Positions 46,709-59,360 of a stretch of 64,000 nucleotides of DNA are shown here, piece after piece. Under the pieces are notes generated by a model. The model worked only from the letters and a program-made list of their open reading frames with translations. It was not told where the DNA came from and searched no databases. Origin of the DNA: Candidatus Aminicenantes bacterium (GTDB lineage Bacteria; Acidobacteriota; Aminicenantia; Aminicenantales; Aminicenantaceae); assembly GCA_011773465.1 (NCBI GenBank), contig WVXO01000060.1, positions 34,047 to 98,046 of the forward strand. Direction: 5' to 3'. The number at the start of each line of letters is the position of its first letter. Position 1 is the first letter of the stretch. Both the position numbers and the translations under genes were made by a program.

Positions 46709-47620
46709 TTACCTTTCTGAGCTCATGATCTTAATCGTCCGAGAATTTTTGCTATGAGGCTCTGAACCGCCCATGGTAAGCACTTCGGCGAATCTCCTGC
46801 GCACCTGGAAGCCTAGGATCTCTTTGGCCTTGCTGCAATCAATAAGACTTTCTTTATCGGAAAGAGGTCTTCTGATTGGCGTTTTAGGAAAATAAGTAGC
46901 CACCAGATTCGGGATATCCGAGTTCGAAAGACAAACATCTTCAGCTGCGATATGGAATACATCATACCCTTTCAGGTCGGACACCAGAGCGCATACAATA
47001 GCGTTAACTGCATCTTCTACATGCACCCAGGCCCACAGGGACTTGCGCCTCGCTGATGGATCTTTTGCGTCAGCCAAATATTTTTGCTCATCCTCAGGAC
47101 AGAAGATGTTCGAAAACCGCAGAGCAATGATGTCTATATCATATCCTTGCGTAAAGCAGCGGCACATCTCCTCTCCGTGCATCTTGCTGATTCCGTAAGG
47201 ATCCTGTGGCTTTAAGGGATGTTTCTCGTCTACGGGCACGTATTCTGGAGCAAACTCATTCACGCTCTGTGCTATTCCAAGAACCGCGTCGCTACTGGAG
47301 AATAACAACTTTTCCACTCCCTCGTTCTGTGCTGTCTCGAGCACGCAGTAAGTTCCTAAAATGTTCGTTGCCATCACCTTCATCGGCAGATGGTTGTAAC
47401 GGGACCGCAGAGCTGCCAGATGTATTATCCTGTCTGCACCTTGAAAAGCCTCGCTAAGTCTAGCCCTATCTGTGATTTTACCCTTCATATATGGGAATTG
47501 ACTCTGCTGTGGGTGCTGTTTATCATAGAGCAAGATCTCATGCTCGCGTGCAAGCACTGGTGCGAGGTACCTGGCCAATTTTCCGCTACCGCCCGTGATA
47601 ACTAGTTTCATCTTTTTCAC
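46709..47620 (-). CDS. NAD-dependent epimerase/dehydratase (extended SDR)
   Basis: ITGGSGKLARYL Rossmann motif and YGISK (YxxxK) catalytic motif. Confidence 0.8.
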   Translation of the reverse strand: MKKMKLVITGGSGKLARYLAPVLAREHEILLYDKQHPQQSQFPYMKGKITDRARLSEAFQGADRIIHLAALRSRYNHLPMKVMATNILGTYCVLETAQNEGVEKLLFSSSDAVLGIAQSVNEFAPEYVPVDEKHPLKPQDPYGISKMHGEEMCRCFTQGYDIDIIALRFSNIFCPEDEQKYLADAKDPSARRKSLWAWVHVEDAVNAIVCALVSDLKGYDVFHIAAEDVCLSNSDIPNLVATYFPKTPIRRPLSDKESLIDCSKAKEILGFQVRRRFAEVLTMGGSEPHSKNSRTIKIMSSER

Positions 47621-47655
47621 TTACCCTTGCACCCAAAAGAGAGGTTAATATTCTC

Positions 47656-47943
47656 TTACCTGGGCTTGGAAACCTCGATGTCTAAAGTTTCTTCCAAATC
47701 ATTCATGGAATTCTGTATTCTTTTTTCGATATTCCCACCTGGATCCTTTTCGATTTCTTTCAGTTCCTGGAGTTCCAATCTCAACAAATCCCGCATAGCC
47801 TTTACTTTTTCAATTTGCTTGTAATAATCAATTCCATCCACTACATTTACCTTCTCGGCTTTTGCCTTTAGTTGATAAATTTTGGCATTCGCCTTTTTTA
47901 ATTTAGTTTTAATCATTGCCTGATAAATTCCTTTTTTATCCAT
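47656..47943 (-). CDS. Small coiled-coil protein, hypothetical
   Basis: 95 aa with K/E-rich heptads. The ATG at 47943 has an AAGGA Shine-Dalgarno, whereas the track start at 47976 is a TTG inside the conserved upstream element. Confidence 0.45.
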   Translation of the reverse strand: MDKKGIYQAMIKTKLKKANAKIYQLKAKAEKVNVVDGIDYYKQIEKVKAMRDLLRLELQELKEIEKDPGGNIEKRIQNSMNDLEETLDIEVSKPR

Positions 47944-47968
47944 AATTGAGGTCCTTAACAAAGAAATA

Positions 47969-48062
47969 CAACACAAATAAGAATCAACAGAAACCGGGGT
48001 TTTGTGCTTGATTAGAAGAATTTAAATCTCATTTTTGTTCATTATTACATATTCTGAATAAA
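47969..48062 (-). promoter_or_regulatory. Conserved upstream element, copy B (sigma32-like promoter candidate)
   Basis: The minus strand reads ...aaattCTTCTAAtcaagcacaaaaCCCCGGTTtc... about 53 nt upstream of the ATG at 47943. It is colinear with 40279-40362. Confidence 0.45.
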
Positions 48063-48147
48063 GATTCAAACTTTAGAGGAAAATCCCTATCTTCGTGTCA
48101 AGAATCTAATAAGCCGCCTTCTCTTCAACTTCCTTTATATTCTTAGT

Positions 48148-48296
48148 TGGGTCAGGCCTTGCTATTGGAGAGAAAAACTTTTAGCCATCGACTTTTCAAG
48201 CTTCATTTTGATAAGATCTGACCCCACTATCTCCTATTCCCTTCTTTTTTCCTTACAACCTCATCTGTATATACTTATCAAAGAGGAAGGCCAAGA
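48148..48296 (+). repeat. Copy 2 of the 139-nt repeat
   Basis: Same orientation as 32925-33063, with about six mismatches. The TIR core is at 48149-48225. Confidence 0.9.
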
Positions 48297-48489
48297 CAAA
48301 GTTTGACATTCATTCATTCCTGATGTATAAGTCCTAAACGTGTCAGGGGCTGAAATCCAAGCAAAAAACAAAAATATTTGTTTCAATTCTCTACGACGCA
48401 AAAAAAGCAAATTCCTGTAAACACGCAAAATATTGATTGGATTAAATCCCCTTCTCCTAATAATATTTGTTTAGAAAGGAGAAAGTCTC

Positions 48490-49629
48490 ATGGCCAACTT
48501 AAAAATATCCAGAAGAAGTTTTATGGGAAGCCTTGCAGCTGGAGTTGCAGTCCTTCCCCTCAGCAATTATCCCTGGGCTTATCCGTCAAAAGCAGCCCTT
48601 CCCTCTGAGAGAAAGATTGATTGGGGTTATCCTGAGGGAGCCATTCGACTGAATGCAAACGAAAACCCGTATGGCCCTTCACCAAACGCTATAAAAGCTA
48701 TGGAAAAAGCTCTCTCTCAGGGACACCGCTACACCCGCGCCACCCAGCTAACAAAAGAACTTGCGTCCTACCATGGAGTCTCCATGGATATGATTATTGC
48801 AGGCTGTGGCTCTACAGAATTTTTAAGGATAGCTCCCTGGGCATTCCTCCGCGATGGCGGTGAACTCGTAACAGCCCTACAAACATTCAAAACTTTACCC
48901 AGGGAAGCTAAGAAAATTGGGGCAAAGGTCATTGAGATTCCCATCGATAAGGATTTCTATCTTGATCTCCAATCCATGAAAAAAGCTCTGACTCCGAAGA
49001 CAAAAATGATTTACCTCGTCAACCCGAACAACCCTACTGGGACATGCCGCGACTTCGAGGACATTCAAAATTTTTGTGCATCCCTTCCTAAGACGATAAT
49101 TGTTTTCATAGATGAGGCCTATTCCCACTTCCTCGAAGATAAGCAGGGAAGAAGCGGGATAACCCTGGTCAAACAGGGATACAAGGTGATTGTCAGCCGA
49201 ACTTTTTCAAAGGTCTATGGGCTGGCAGGGATGCGCCTGGGTTATGCCATCGCCAATCCATCAATCATCGCAGAACTTAGGGCATTCGGCTTCAGGAACA
49301 TGGGGATTAACCAGGCAGTCTTTGCCGGGGGGCTTGTATCGCTTGAAGATGAAAAACACGTCCAGAAATACAAGAACCTTGTCAAAGATGGCCAAGAATA
49401 TTTCTATAATCAGTTTGATTCCATGGGCTTAAAGTACATTCCCAGCACAACGCCCTTCTTAATGGTCAAGGTTAATATGGCATCTAAGGTAGCTCAGAAA
49501 AAATTGGCCTCAAAAAATGTATTTGTTCGCAAAGGTGAGGACTGGCAGATGCCTGACTATCTGCGGATAACCATGGGCTTCCCCGAAGAAAACAAAGCCT
49601 GCGTCTCTGCCCTCAAAAAAATCTTATAG
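48490..49629 (+). CDS. Class I/II PLP-dependent aminotransferase (HisC-like) with a twin-arginine signal peptide
   Basis: SRRSFMGSLAAGVAVLP Tat motif, NANENPYGPSP, and the SRTFSKVYGLAGMRLGY PLP-lysine motif. Confidence 0.8.
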   Translation: MANLKISRRSFMGSLAAGVAVLPLSNYPWAYPSKAALPSERKIDWGYPEGAIRLNANENPYGPSPNAIKAMEKALSQGHRYTRATQLTKELASYHGVSMDMIIAGCGSTEFLRIAPWAFLRDGGELVTALQTFKTLPREAKKIGAKVIEIPIDKDFYLDLQSMKKALTPKTKMIYLVNPNNPTGTCRDFEDIQNFCASLPKTIIVFIDEAYSHFLEDKQGRSGITLVKQGYKVIVSRTFSKVYGLAGMRLGYAIANPSIIAELRAFGFRNMGINQAVFAGGLVSLEDEKHVQKYKNLVKDGQEYFYNQFDSMGLKYIPSTTPFLMVKVNMASKVAQKKLASKNVFVRKGEDWQMPDYLRITMGFPEENKACVSALKKIL

Positions 49630-49770
49630 GGGCTTGATTCATCTGTAGGGGTTTGATTCATATACATGGGCTTAATCTATCTGTAGGGGCTTGAATCATC
49701 AAACCCACCTTACTAAAAAGTGTTGTAGGGGTTTGATTCTTTGTAGGGGCTTGATTCATCAAGCCCACCT
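49627..49770 (+). repeat. Tandem cluster of about six full or truncated family B repeats
   Basis: Units begin near 49627, 49644, 49664, 49681, 49724 and 49741. The first unit supplies the TAG stop of the aminotransferase. Confidence 0.85.
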
Positions 49771-49840
49771 TATTATAAATTTGTGAAGATTAGGTCTCGA
49801 TTCCAATCTGATTCGAACCAATTCCTGAGCTCAAGGACGC

Positions 49841-50956
49841 CTAATAGGTCACTTTATATATTATAGCTTCTCGATGACCCGTTATAACCTTAAAATAATC
49901 ATTTAACAGACTATCAACAGTTTTATCCCCTGTATCAACCAACAAGGGACGACCATATAATGAATTTATTTTATGTTTTGTCGCCACTATGATTATATTG
50001 TCCATTCCAACATATTTAATGACTTCCGGGCTCAGTTGCTGATTCCCTCTTCCGAACAGGTAGCCCTGGCCCCCGATAGGTGTAATGATTAGCTTAGTCT
50101 TTTTCCCTTTGATTTTTTGGAGTAAATCTGCCTCATTCAAATCTTTTCCCACAAGCTTTTTCTTATGAATAAGGTCTATTCCTAATAAGGTATCTTCCAA
50201 ATCGAGCTTTCCCATTATTGCCCTAGTTGTAGTTCCCGGTCCGACAATATAATAATACTCATCGGACATATTTTCTGTAACGTCATGCGCGATTGCTTCC
50301 TGAGAATATTGTTCACTAACAGGACTTCCTGCTTTTACCCGCTGAACGAATCTTCTTTCAAATGGTATTTTTAAATACCCGTATAATTTGGCTCGTAATC
50401 TTCCTTTTCTATAATCTTCTTCGTCAATGTCCATCACTTCCGCTTCCAGGATATTTTTTGCTTTTTCCTGAAGGTATAAAGAGGCTAACTCCCCTGCCCT
50501 CGTCGGGTTACAGGCATACACAGCAGAATGAATCTTAACCCCTGCGGGTATTCCTAAGACAATCAATGAATCGCCTACAGCAGTATATATATCTCTTGCT
50601 GTTCCATCTCCACCAGCAAAAAGCAGCAGATCTACCCCTAAATCCAGCATTTCTTTGGCAGCTTTTCTGGTATCCGAAGCAGTAGTCGTCGGGCCTGTAA
50701 AGGTCCCGATGATATCAGGAGAAAAGCCACAGCGAACGGCTGCTTCTTCGCCCATTTTATCAGGATAGGTTATTAATTCTATCCTATCTTTGAGCGGCTT
50801 GAGTTTTTTAAGGGCTTCTATCGTACGGTTCTGAGATTGAGGTTTGGCTCCCAGCTTTATGGCCTTTTCCAGAATATCCAAACCGTCCGTTCCCTTCAGA
50901 CCAACGCGCCCGCCCATTCCTGCGATAGGATTGATAATCAGCCCTAGTTTTTTCAA
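49841..50956 (-). CDS. ATP-NAD kinase family protein (long, archaeal-like form)
   Basis: [22 protein letters not shown]-terminus and the GGDGT motif. 371 aa. Confidence 0.7.
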   Translation of the reverse strand: MKKLGLIINPIAGMGGRVGLKGTDGLDILEKAIKLGAKPQSQNRTIEALKKLKPLKDRIELITYPDKMGEEAAVRCGFSPDIIGTFTGPTTTASDTRKAAKEMLDLGVDLLLFAGGDGTARDIYTAVGDSLIVLGIPAGVKIHSAVYACNPTRAGELASLYLQEKAKNILEAEVMDIDEEDYRKGRLRAKLYGYLKIPFERRFVQRVKAGSPVSEQYSQEAIAHDVTENMSDEYYYIVGPGTTTRAIMGKLDLEDTLLGIDLIHKKKLVGKDLNEADLLQKIKGKKTKLIITPIGGQGYLFGRGNQQLSPEVIKYVGMDNIIIVATKHKINSLYGRPLLVDTGDKTVDSLLNDYFKVITGHREAIIYKVTY

Positions 50957-50972
50957 ATGCGATAACCCTCGG

Positions 50973-52538
50973 TTATTTTTTCTTGTGTTTTTTCAGGTAA
51001 GCCCTCCAGGTTATAGCCCACCTTTGAGGATCATCCAAAGTGCTGTGATCAATTTTGTGGACAACGCTGTTGTACGGCGCGTTTTTCACTTTATCAGGAT
51101 TTTCGTATGCTTCGGCGACAACTTTCTCTAGACCGGCGATATATTCATCAATCTCGTCCTTGGAGTAGGATTCAGTCGGCTCAATCGTGAACGGCTCCGG
51201 AACAATAAACGGATGATGGCTTGACCATAAATGGAAGCCAAAATCAGCCATCCTGCAGGTCACATCTTCTGTGGTTACGCCTGTCTCTTTAGTGAGTGTC
51301 TCCCAGCTATACCTCACTTGTTCAATACGATGTCTTCCTCTGGCATAAGGCGCACTGGCACCTTTTATCTTCTTTATTTTTTCCAAGATATAATTATTGT
51401 TTAATACAGCTACGTTTGCAGCTTCTTTAAGTCCTTCGGCTCCTAAGCTCATTATCCACAAATATGCTCTTAAAACGGCGGGGAAAACTCCGTAGAATGC
51501 TCTTACTTTGCCAATAGTGTTAGGAAGATTATAGTTTAAAAAGTATCTATCACCGTCAAATTCCACTGTCGGGACTGGCAAATAGCTTATAAGCTTTTCA
51601 GTAACACCGAGTGCTCCTGTTGCAGGTCCGCCGCAGCCATGGGGAGAAGAAAAGGTTTTGTGCAGATTAAAGAAACAAAGATCAAAGCCAGCTTCACTTG
51701 CTCTGGTAATGCCTAATATTCCGTTTGCATTGGCCTGGTCATATCCGCACAAGCCCCCAGCTTCATGAACTACGTTAACAAACTCATCTATCTTAGGATT
51801 GAAGATACCCGTATCTTCCGGATTCGTTATTAATAATCCTGCGGTTCGCTCTGAAACTGCTTTCTTCAGAGCCTCGACATCCGGTAATCCGTCTTCATTT
51901 TGGTAAATAGTAATCACTTTATATCCTTTTACAGCGGCCGCTGCAGCATCGGAAGGATGAGAGAATATAGTGGTTATGATCTCATCTCGTTTATCTGTTT
52001 CTCCCCGGGAATCGTGATAAGCATGGATGATGGAAGCCATAGCTAGAATGGCTGAAGAACCTCCTCCAGGCTGCATGGTAAATTTCTTCATTCCTGAAAT
52101 CTCTTGAAGGAATACATCCAATTTGTACATTATTTCCAGCGCACCTTGAGCAGTATTCTCATCTTGCAGGGGATGAACTTCTGTAACCTTAGGTGAACGG
52201 GCTAAAAACTCGTTTATTTTTGGGCTGTATTTCATCGTGCAGGTCCCCTGCCCTAAATCAACATTTAAATCTGCTCCAAGACATTGCTGAGACAAGCGAA
52301 TGAAATGCTTTAACACTCTCATCTGAGATATTTCAGGAAGCGAAGGAGTTTTTTTTCTTGTCATGTTTTCTGGCAATTTAGATATTCCATCACCGACGGT
52401 ATCTTCGATTTCTTTTTCTACCCCGGGGATTACGATGCCTCTTTCTCCCTCTGTGTTCAATTCAAAAATTATTGGCTCATCCCATTTGGCCTGATGAAAA
52501 TTTCTTACTTTCGTTTTTTTATCTGTTCTCATGGTCAA
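50973..52538 (-). CDS. gcvPB: Glycine dehydrogenase (aminomethyl-transferring) subunit 2
   Basis: Full-length similarity pattern, including the PLP-lysine motif FNLHKTF. Confidence 0.9.
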   Translation of the reverse strand: MTMRTDKKTKVRNFHQAKWDEPIIFELNTEGERGIVIPGVEKEIEDTVGDGISKLPENMTRKKTPSLPEISQMRVLKHFIRLSQQCLGADLNVDLGQGTCTMKYSPKINEFLARSPKVTEVHPLQDENTAQGALEIMYKLDVFLQEISGMKKFTMQPGGGSSAILAMASIIHAYHDSRGETDKRDEIITTIFSHPSDAAAAAVKGYKVITIYQNEDGLPDVEALKKAVSERTAGLLITNPEDTGIFNPKIDEFVNVVHEAGGLCGYDQANANGILGITRASEAGFDLCFFNLHKTFSSPHGCGGPATGALGVTEKLISYLPVPTVEFDGDRYFLNYNLPNTIGKVRAFYGVFPAVLRAYLWIMSLGAEGLKEAANVAVLNNNYILEKIKKIKGASAPYARGRHRIEQVRYSWETLTKETGVTTEDVTCRMADFGFHLWSSHHPFIVPEPFTIEPTESYSKDEIDEYIAGLEKVVAEAYENPDKVKNAPYNSVVHKIDHSTLDDPQRWAITWRAYLKKHKKK

Positions 52539-52590
52539 TCCCTTCCTTTCTTATGATATCCAATCTTACGATACCCAATGTTTTCAACCT

Positions 52591-53988
52591 CTATCCTAAA
52601 TATTCATTCAAGGCTTGAACCAGACGATCAATATCGTCCTTGGTGTGAACCTCTATCACGCAATAAAGCGCACAATTTCCAAGCTCAGGAAAATCCCTGG
52701 TAAGGTCTTTGCCTCCGAAGATTCCCTGCTTCATCAGGGCTTTATTAATCTCATCGACCGTCATCCCTGTATCCTTGAAACCGACAACAAACTCTTTAAA
52801 ATGGGGTGAATCGAATAAGGGCGCTTTAACTCCTTTTATTTCTGATAGTTTCTTCATGGCATATTGCGATCTTTGCATGATGGTCTTTCCCAATTCTTGC
52901 ATTCCTTTAGGACCCATGAGGGATAAATAAACAGCAGCTGTAATGCCCCATAATGCTGCATGAGTTCCGACAAATTCTTTGCCTTCTTCTCTGACTGCGA
53001 AGGATGTTCTTTCATAAGCTACATCGCCAAAACCGTATTCACCTTCTACAGACGTTTTTGTTATCCCGAACAGGCGAGACGGGTATTCCATCACAAATCT
53101 TTCTTCATCTCGGCTAGCTATGAATCCTCCGTGACCGCCGCCGTAATTCATATGAACTCCGAGCCCTTGAATATCACCACAAACAATATCCGCGCCATAA
53201 TTAGAAGGGGGAATAATGACTCCTAAAGAGGCCGGATCAACACCGACTACGCTCAAAGCTCCGTTTTCATGGGCGATATCTGATATAGCCCTCCCTTGAT
53301 GCTCGATAAATCCCAAATAGGACGGGTTCTCAAAATATATACAAGCAATATCGGGAGACATCTTCGCTCCCAAATCATCGAGGTCCACGAGTCCAGTATC
53401 AGGACAGTGATTTACCATTTGAACGCTAAAAACAGGTACGCAGTAGTTTCTTATGGCTAAGAGCCTATCTCGAGATATCGTATCTGATATGAGTATTTCC
53501 TTGCGCCCGGTAATTCTGGCAGCCATACTTAGAGCGGTACTTGAGGCCTGGCACCAATCATATGTCGGCACATTAACCACATCCATGTCTAAAAGCTCTG
53601 CCATCAAGCTTTCATATTCAAAAAGAGCCTGAAATCTCCCATGGTCTTCGTACGGCTCCCCTGCATAGGCTGTTAAAAATTCTGAACGCTGATTTATTTC
53701 ATCGCAGATAGCCGGAACATAGTGCTGCCAGCATCCTCCCCCTAAAAAACTGATGTTTTCCTGACACGTTTGGTTTTTATAAAGTACTTTTTCTACATGC
53801 CGCTTTAAAGCATACTCAGAGGCCAACGCTCCAGGCAGTTCCAGCTCTTTTTTTAACCTCAAGTTCTCTGGTATATCCTTATAAAGTTCATCAATATCCT
53901 TTACCCCTATCTCCTCGAGCATTTTTGCCTTTACTTTTGGTGCAGAATTGGGGATATAGGGGTGCACCGTTTTTTCACTATTTTTCAT
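52591..53988 (-). CDS. gcvPA: Glycine dehydrogenase (aminomethyl-transferring) subunit 1
   Basis: HPYIPNS N-terminus, FLGGGCWQHYVPA, and a position directly upstream of gcvPB. Confidence 0.9.
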   Translation of the reverse strand: MKNSEKTVHPYIPNSAPKVKAKMLEEIGVKDIDELYKDIPENLRLKKELELPGALASEYALKRHVEKVLYKNQTCQENISFLGGGCWQHYVPAICDEINQRSEFLTAYAGEPYEDHGRFQALFEYESLMAELLDMDVVNVPTYDWCQASSTALSMAARITGRKEILISDTISRDRLLAIRNYCVPVFSVQMVNHCPDTGLVDLDDLGAKMSPDIACIYFENPSYLGFIEHQGRAISDIAHENGALSVVGVDPASLGVIIPPSNYGADIVCGDIQGLGVHMNYGGGHGGFIASRDEERFVMEYPSRLFGITKTSVEGEYGFGDVAYERTSFAVREEGKEFVGTHAALWGITAAVYLSLMGPKGMQELGKTIMQRSQYAMKKLSEIKGVKAPLFDSPHFKEFVVGFKDTGMTVDEINKALMKQGIFGGKDLTRDFPELGNCALYCVIEVHTKDDIDRLVQALNEYLG

Positions 53989-54172
53989 GATAATCCTCCG
54001 ATTATTGCAGCTTCTGAATTACTCATAAAAACTATCGATAACCCTATTTATGGATTTAAGATTTATGGTTCTTTAAATGATTTTGCATTCATGAATAAAT
54101 CATTCAACTCAAAACCTTTAAAATCATGCAAAAAATGCTTTTTCTTGATTCTCATAAGCGCAAATTTTATAT

Positions 54173-54961
54173 TCAGGCTAATCCGCCGCCGTCAACGACC
54201 AAAACCGACCCTGTTACCCAGCTTGACATATCGCTGGCAAAGTAAAGAACAGCATTGGCAATATCTTCGGGAAGACCAACACGATGCAGGGGACGGTCTG
54301 CAGCAGCCTTCATAAATTCAGCGTCATCCACTCCTAATTGAGCTGCTTCATCATGCAGGAGCTCTGTGTCTGTATCTCCGGGACAGACACAATTGACTCG
54401 AATGCCCTGACTTCCATGATCAATGGCCATCGCCCGAGTCATGTTTACGGTTCCACCTTTGGCCGCACAATAGGCCGTAGCGTTTGGGCCGCCTTTCAGT
54501 CCCCACCCTGAACCGGTATTGATTATGCTTCCTCCACCGTTATCAATCATACGAGGAATCACATGGCGAGAAAGTAAATAAATGGATTTTAAGTTTACGT
54601 TCAAAACTAGATCCCACTCTTCTTCGGTTAACTCAACTATATTTTTGCGTCTTGTCACTCCGGCATTATTGAATAGAATGTCTATCCTACCAAATTCTTG
54701 ATAAACATCCTCGGTTGTTTTCCTACAGTCAGAGTCTGAAGTTACATCGCACCGGAAAAATTTTGCTTTCTTTCCAAGGCTTTTAATCTCTTCGGCAGCC
54801 TCTTTTCCTTTAGGTTCATTGATGTCAACCAGAGCGATACTGGCGCCCATTTCTGCTAACCGCTTTGCCGCTGCCAAACCAATCCCTGAGGCTGCTCCTG
54901 TAATCATCGCAACTTTCCCGTCTAGTGAAAAAAGCTCTGTAGCTTTAGAGTCTATGTTCAT
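54173..54961 (-). CDS. SDR family oxidoreductase (FabG-like)
   Basis: TGAASGIGLA and YCAAKGG motifs. I set the start at the ATG at 54961, because the track's TTG extension is actually the GGAGG Shine-Dalgarno. Confidence 0.85.
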   Translation of the reverse strand: MNIDSKATELFSLDGKVAMITGAASGIGLAAAKRLAEMGASIALVDINEPKGKEAAEEIKSLGKKAKFFRCDVTSDSDCRKTTEDVYQEFGRIDILFNNAGVTRRKNIVELTEEEWDLVLNVNLKSIYLLSRHVIPRMIDNGGGSIINTGSGWGLKGGPNATAYCAAKGGTVNMTRAMAIDHGSQGIRVNCVCPGDTDTELLHDEAAQLGVDDAEFMKAAADRPLHRVGLPEDIANAVLYFASDMSSWVTGSVLVVDGGGLA

Positions 54962-55030
54962 GGCTAAAACCTCCAAATATCATAAGGTTGGATTCTCTTA
55001 CGTAAATTATTCATCTAAATCTTTCAAATA

Positions 55031-55283
<253 letters not shown>

Positions 55284-55342
55284 ATTCTCTCTTTTGAAAT
55301 CGAGAATTTTTCAAGTGTACATTTATGCTCTTAGGCTGTCAA

Positions 55343-55391
55343 TGGGATCAGACTTTTAATCAAGTTTTGCAAGTCTGACCCCATTGCATTT
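55343..55391. repeat. Short family C hairpin element
   Basis: gggatcagactt-N15-aagtctgacccc. The right arm ttttgcaagtctgacccc is identical to the right end of 10807-10929. Confidence 0.75.
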
Positions 55392-55408
55392 ACTTGCATT
55401 TTATATAA

Positions 55409-58708
<3,300 letters not shown>

Positions 58709-58709
58709 T

Positions 58710-59273
58710 ATGAAGGACAAGAGAAGCGGAAAAATTGTTCTTGTAGCCCACTGCCTGCTAAATGTCCATTCCCTGGAAGAAAATCTTGCTATTTATCCCG
58801 GTCTTGAAGAAGAAGTAATAAAGCTCCTTATTGAAAAAGGTGTGAGCCTCTACCAAATTCTCTGTCCTGAGATTGAACTTTCAGGAATATTCAGGAAAGC
58901 GCTGCCTAAAGAATCTTATGACCACCCAAAAATCAGGAAAATATACCACCAGCTTGCCGATAAGATCGCTGATAATCTGAGGTGGTATATCAAGAAAGAT
59001 TATAAAATAAGAGCGGTTATCGGAGCTGAAGCAAGCCCATCATGCGGGATAGAACTTGTTGGGAAATGGAAAGAAAAGATAACGGGTAAAAAAGAGTTCC
59101 CGAGAGATATTGAATTTATTCCTGGCATGGGAGTTTTTATGGAGGAGCTTAAATCTTCCTTAGCTAAAATCAATATTCATCCAGAATGGATAGGAATACC
59201 CGGAAAATCCATCCGCACCTTAAAACCCGAATCTTTCAAAGAAACCCTTAATAAGCTAGCCAAATTACTATAA
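58710..59273 (+). CDS. Conserved hypothetical Cys-motif protein (possibly DUF523-related)
   Basis: 187 aa starting at the ATG 2 nt after the lacZ-like stop. HCLLN and SPSCG motifs. The family assignment is tentative. Confidence 0.45.
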   Translation: MKDKRSGKIVLVAHCLLNVHSLEENLAIYPGLEEEVIKLLIEKGVSLYQILCPEIELSGIFRKALPKESYDHPKIRKIYHQLADKIADNLRWYIKKDYKIRAVIGAEASPSCGIELVGKWKEKITGKKEFPRDIEFIPGMGVFMEELKSSLAKINIHPEWIGIPGKSIRTLKPESFKETLNKLAKLL

Positions 59274-59360
59274 TATCGGCTGTACAGGTAGGCCTTACAA
59301 GCACCTTATCCTTTCAGGAAAGAATTAGAGGAAAATTTTTTTCAGCGATGGAGGATTGAT

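Noticed and set aside
32925-48296. The 15-kb segment between the direct repeats as a mobile genomic island or prophage
   Set aside because: There is no integrase, transposase, tRNA target or phage gene. The content includes housekeeping-type genes (a sigma factor, a PPIase, trehalose synthesis). Only the compositional bias and the flanking repeats remain, and these are reported as an observation.
49627-49770. Possible small CRISPR array, given the closely spaced copies of one repeat
   Set aside because: Units are of unequal length and several are truncated. Spacers range from 0 to 13 nt rather than a constant ~30 nt. The same repeat is scattered singly elsewhere, and there are no cas genes in the window.
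53989-54172. Glycine riboswitch in the gcvPA leader
   Set aside because: I could not find the conserved GGAGAG / CACCG-type cores or a tandem aptamer arrangement. The region is AT-rich with only short palindromes. A covariance-model scan would be decisive.
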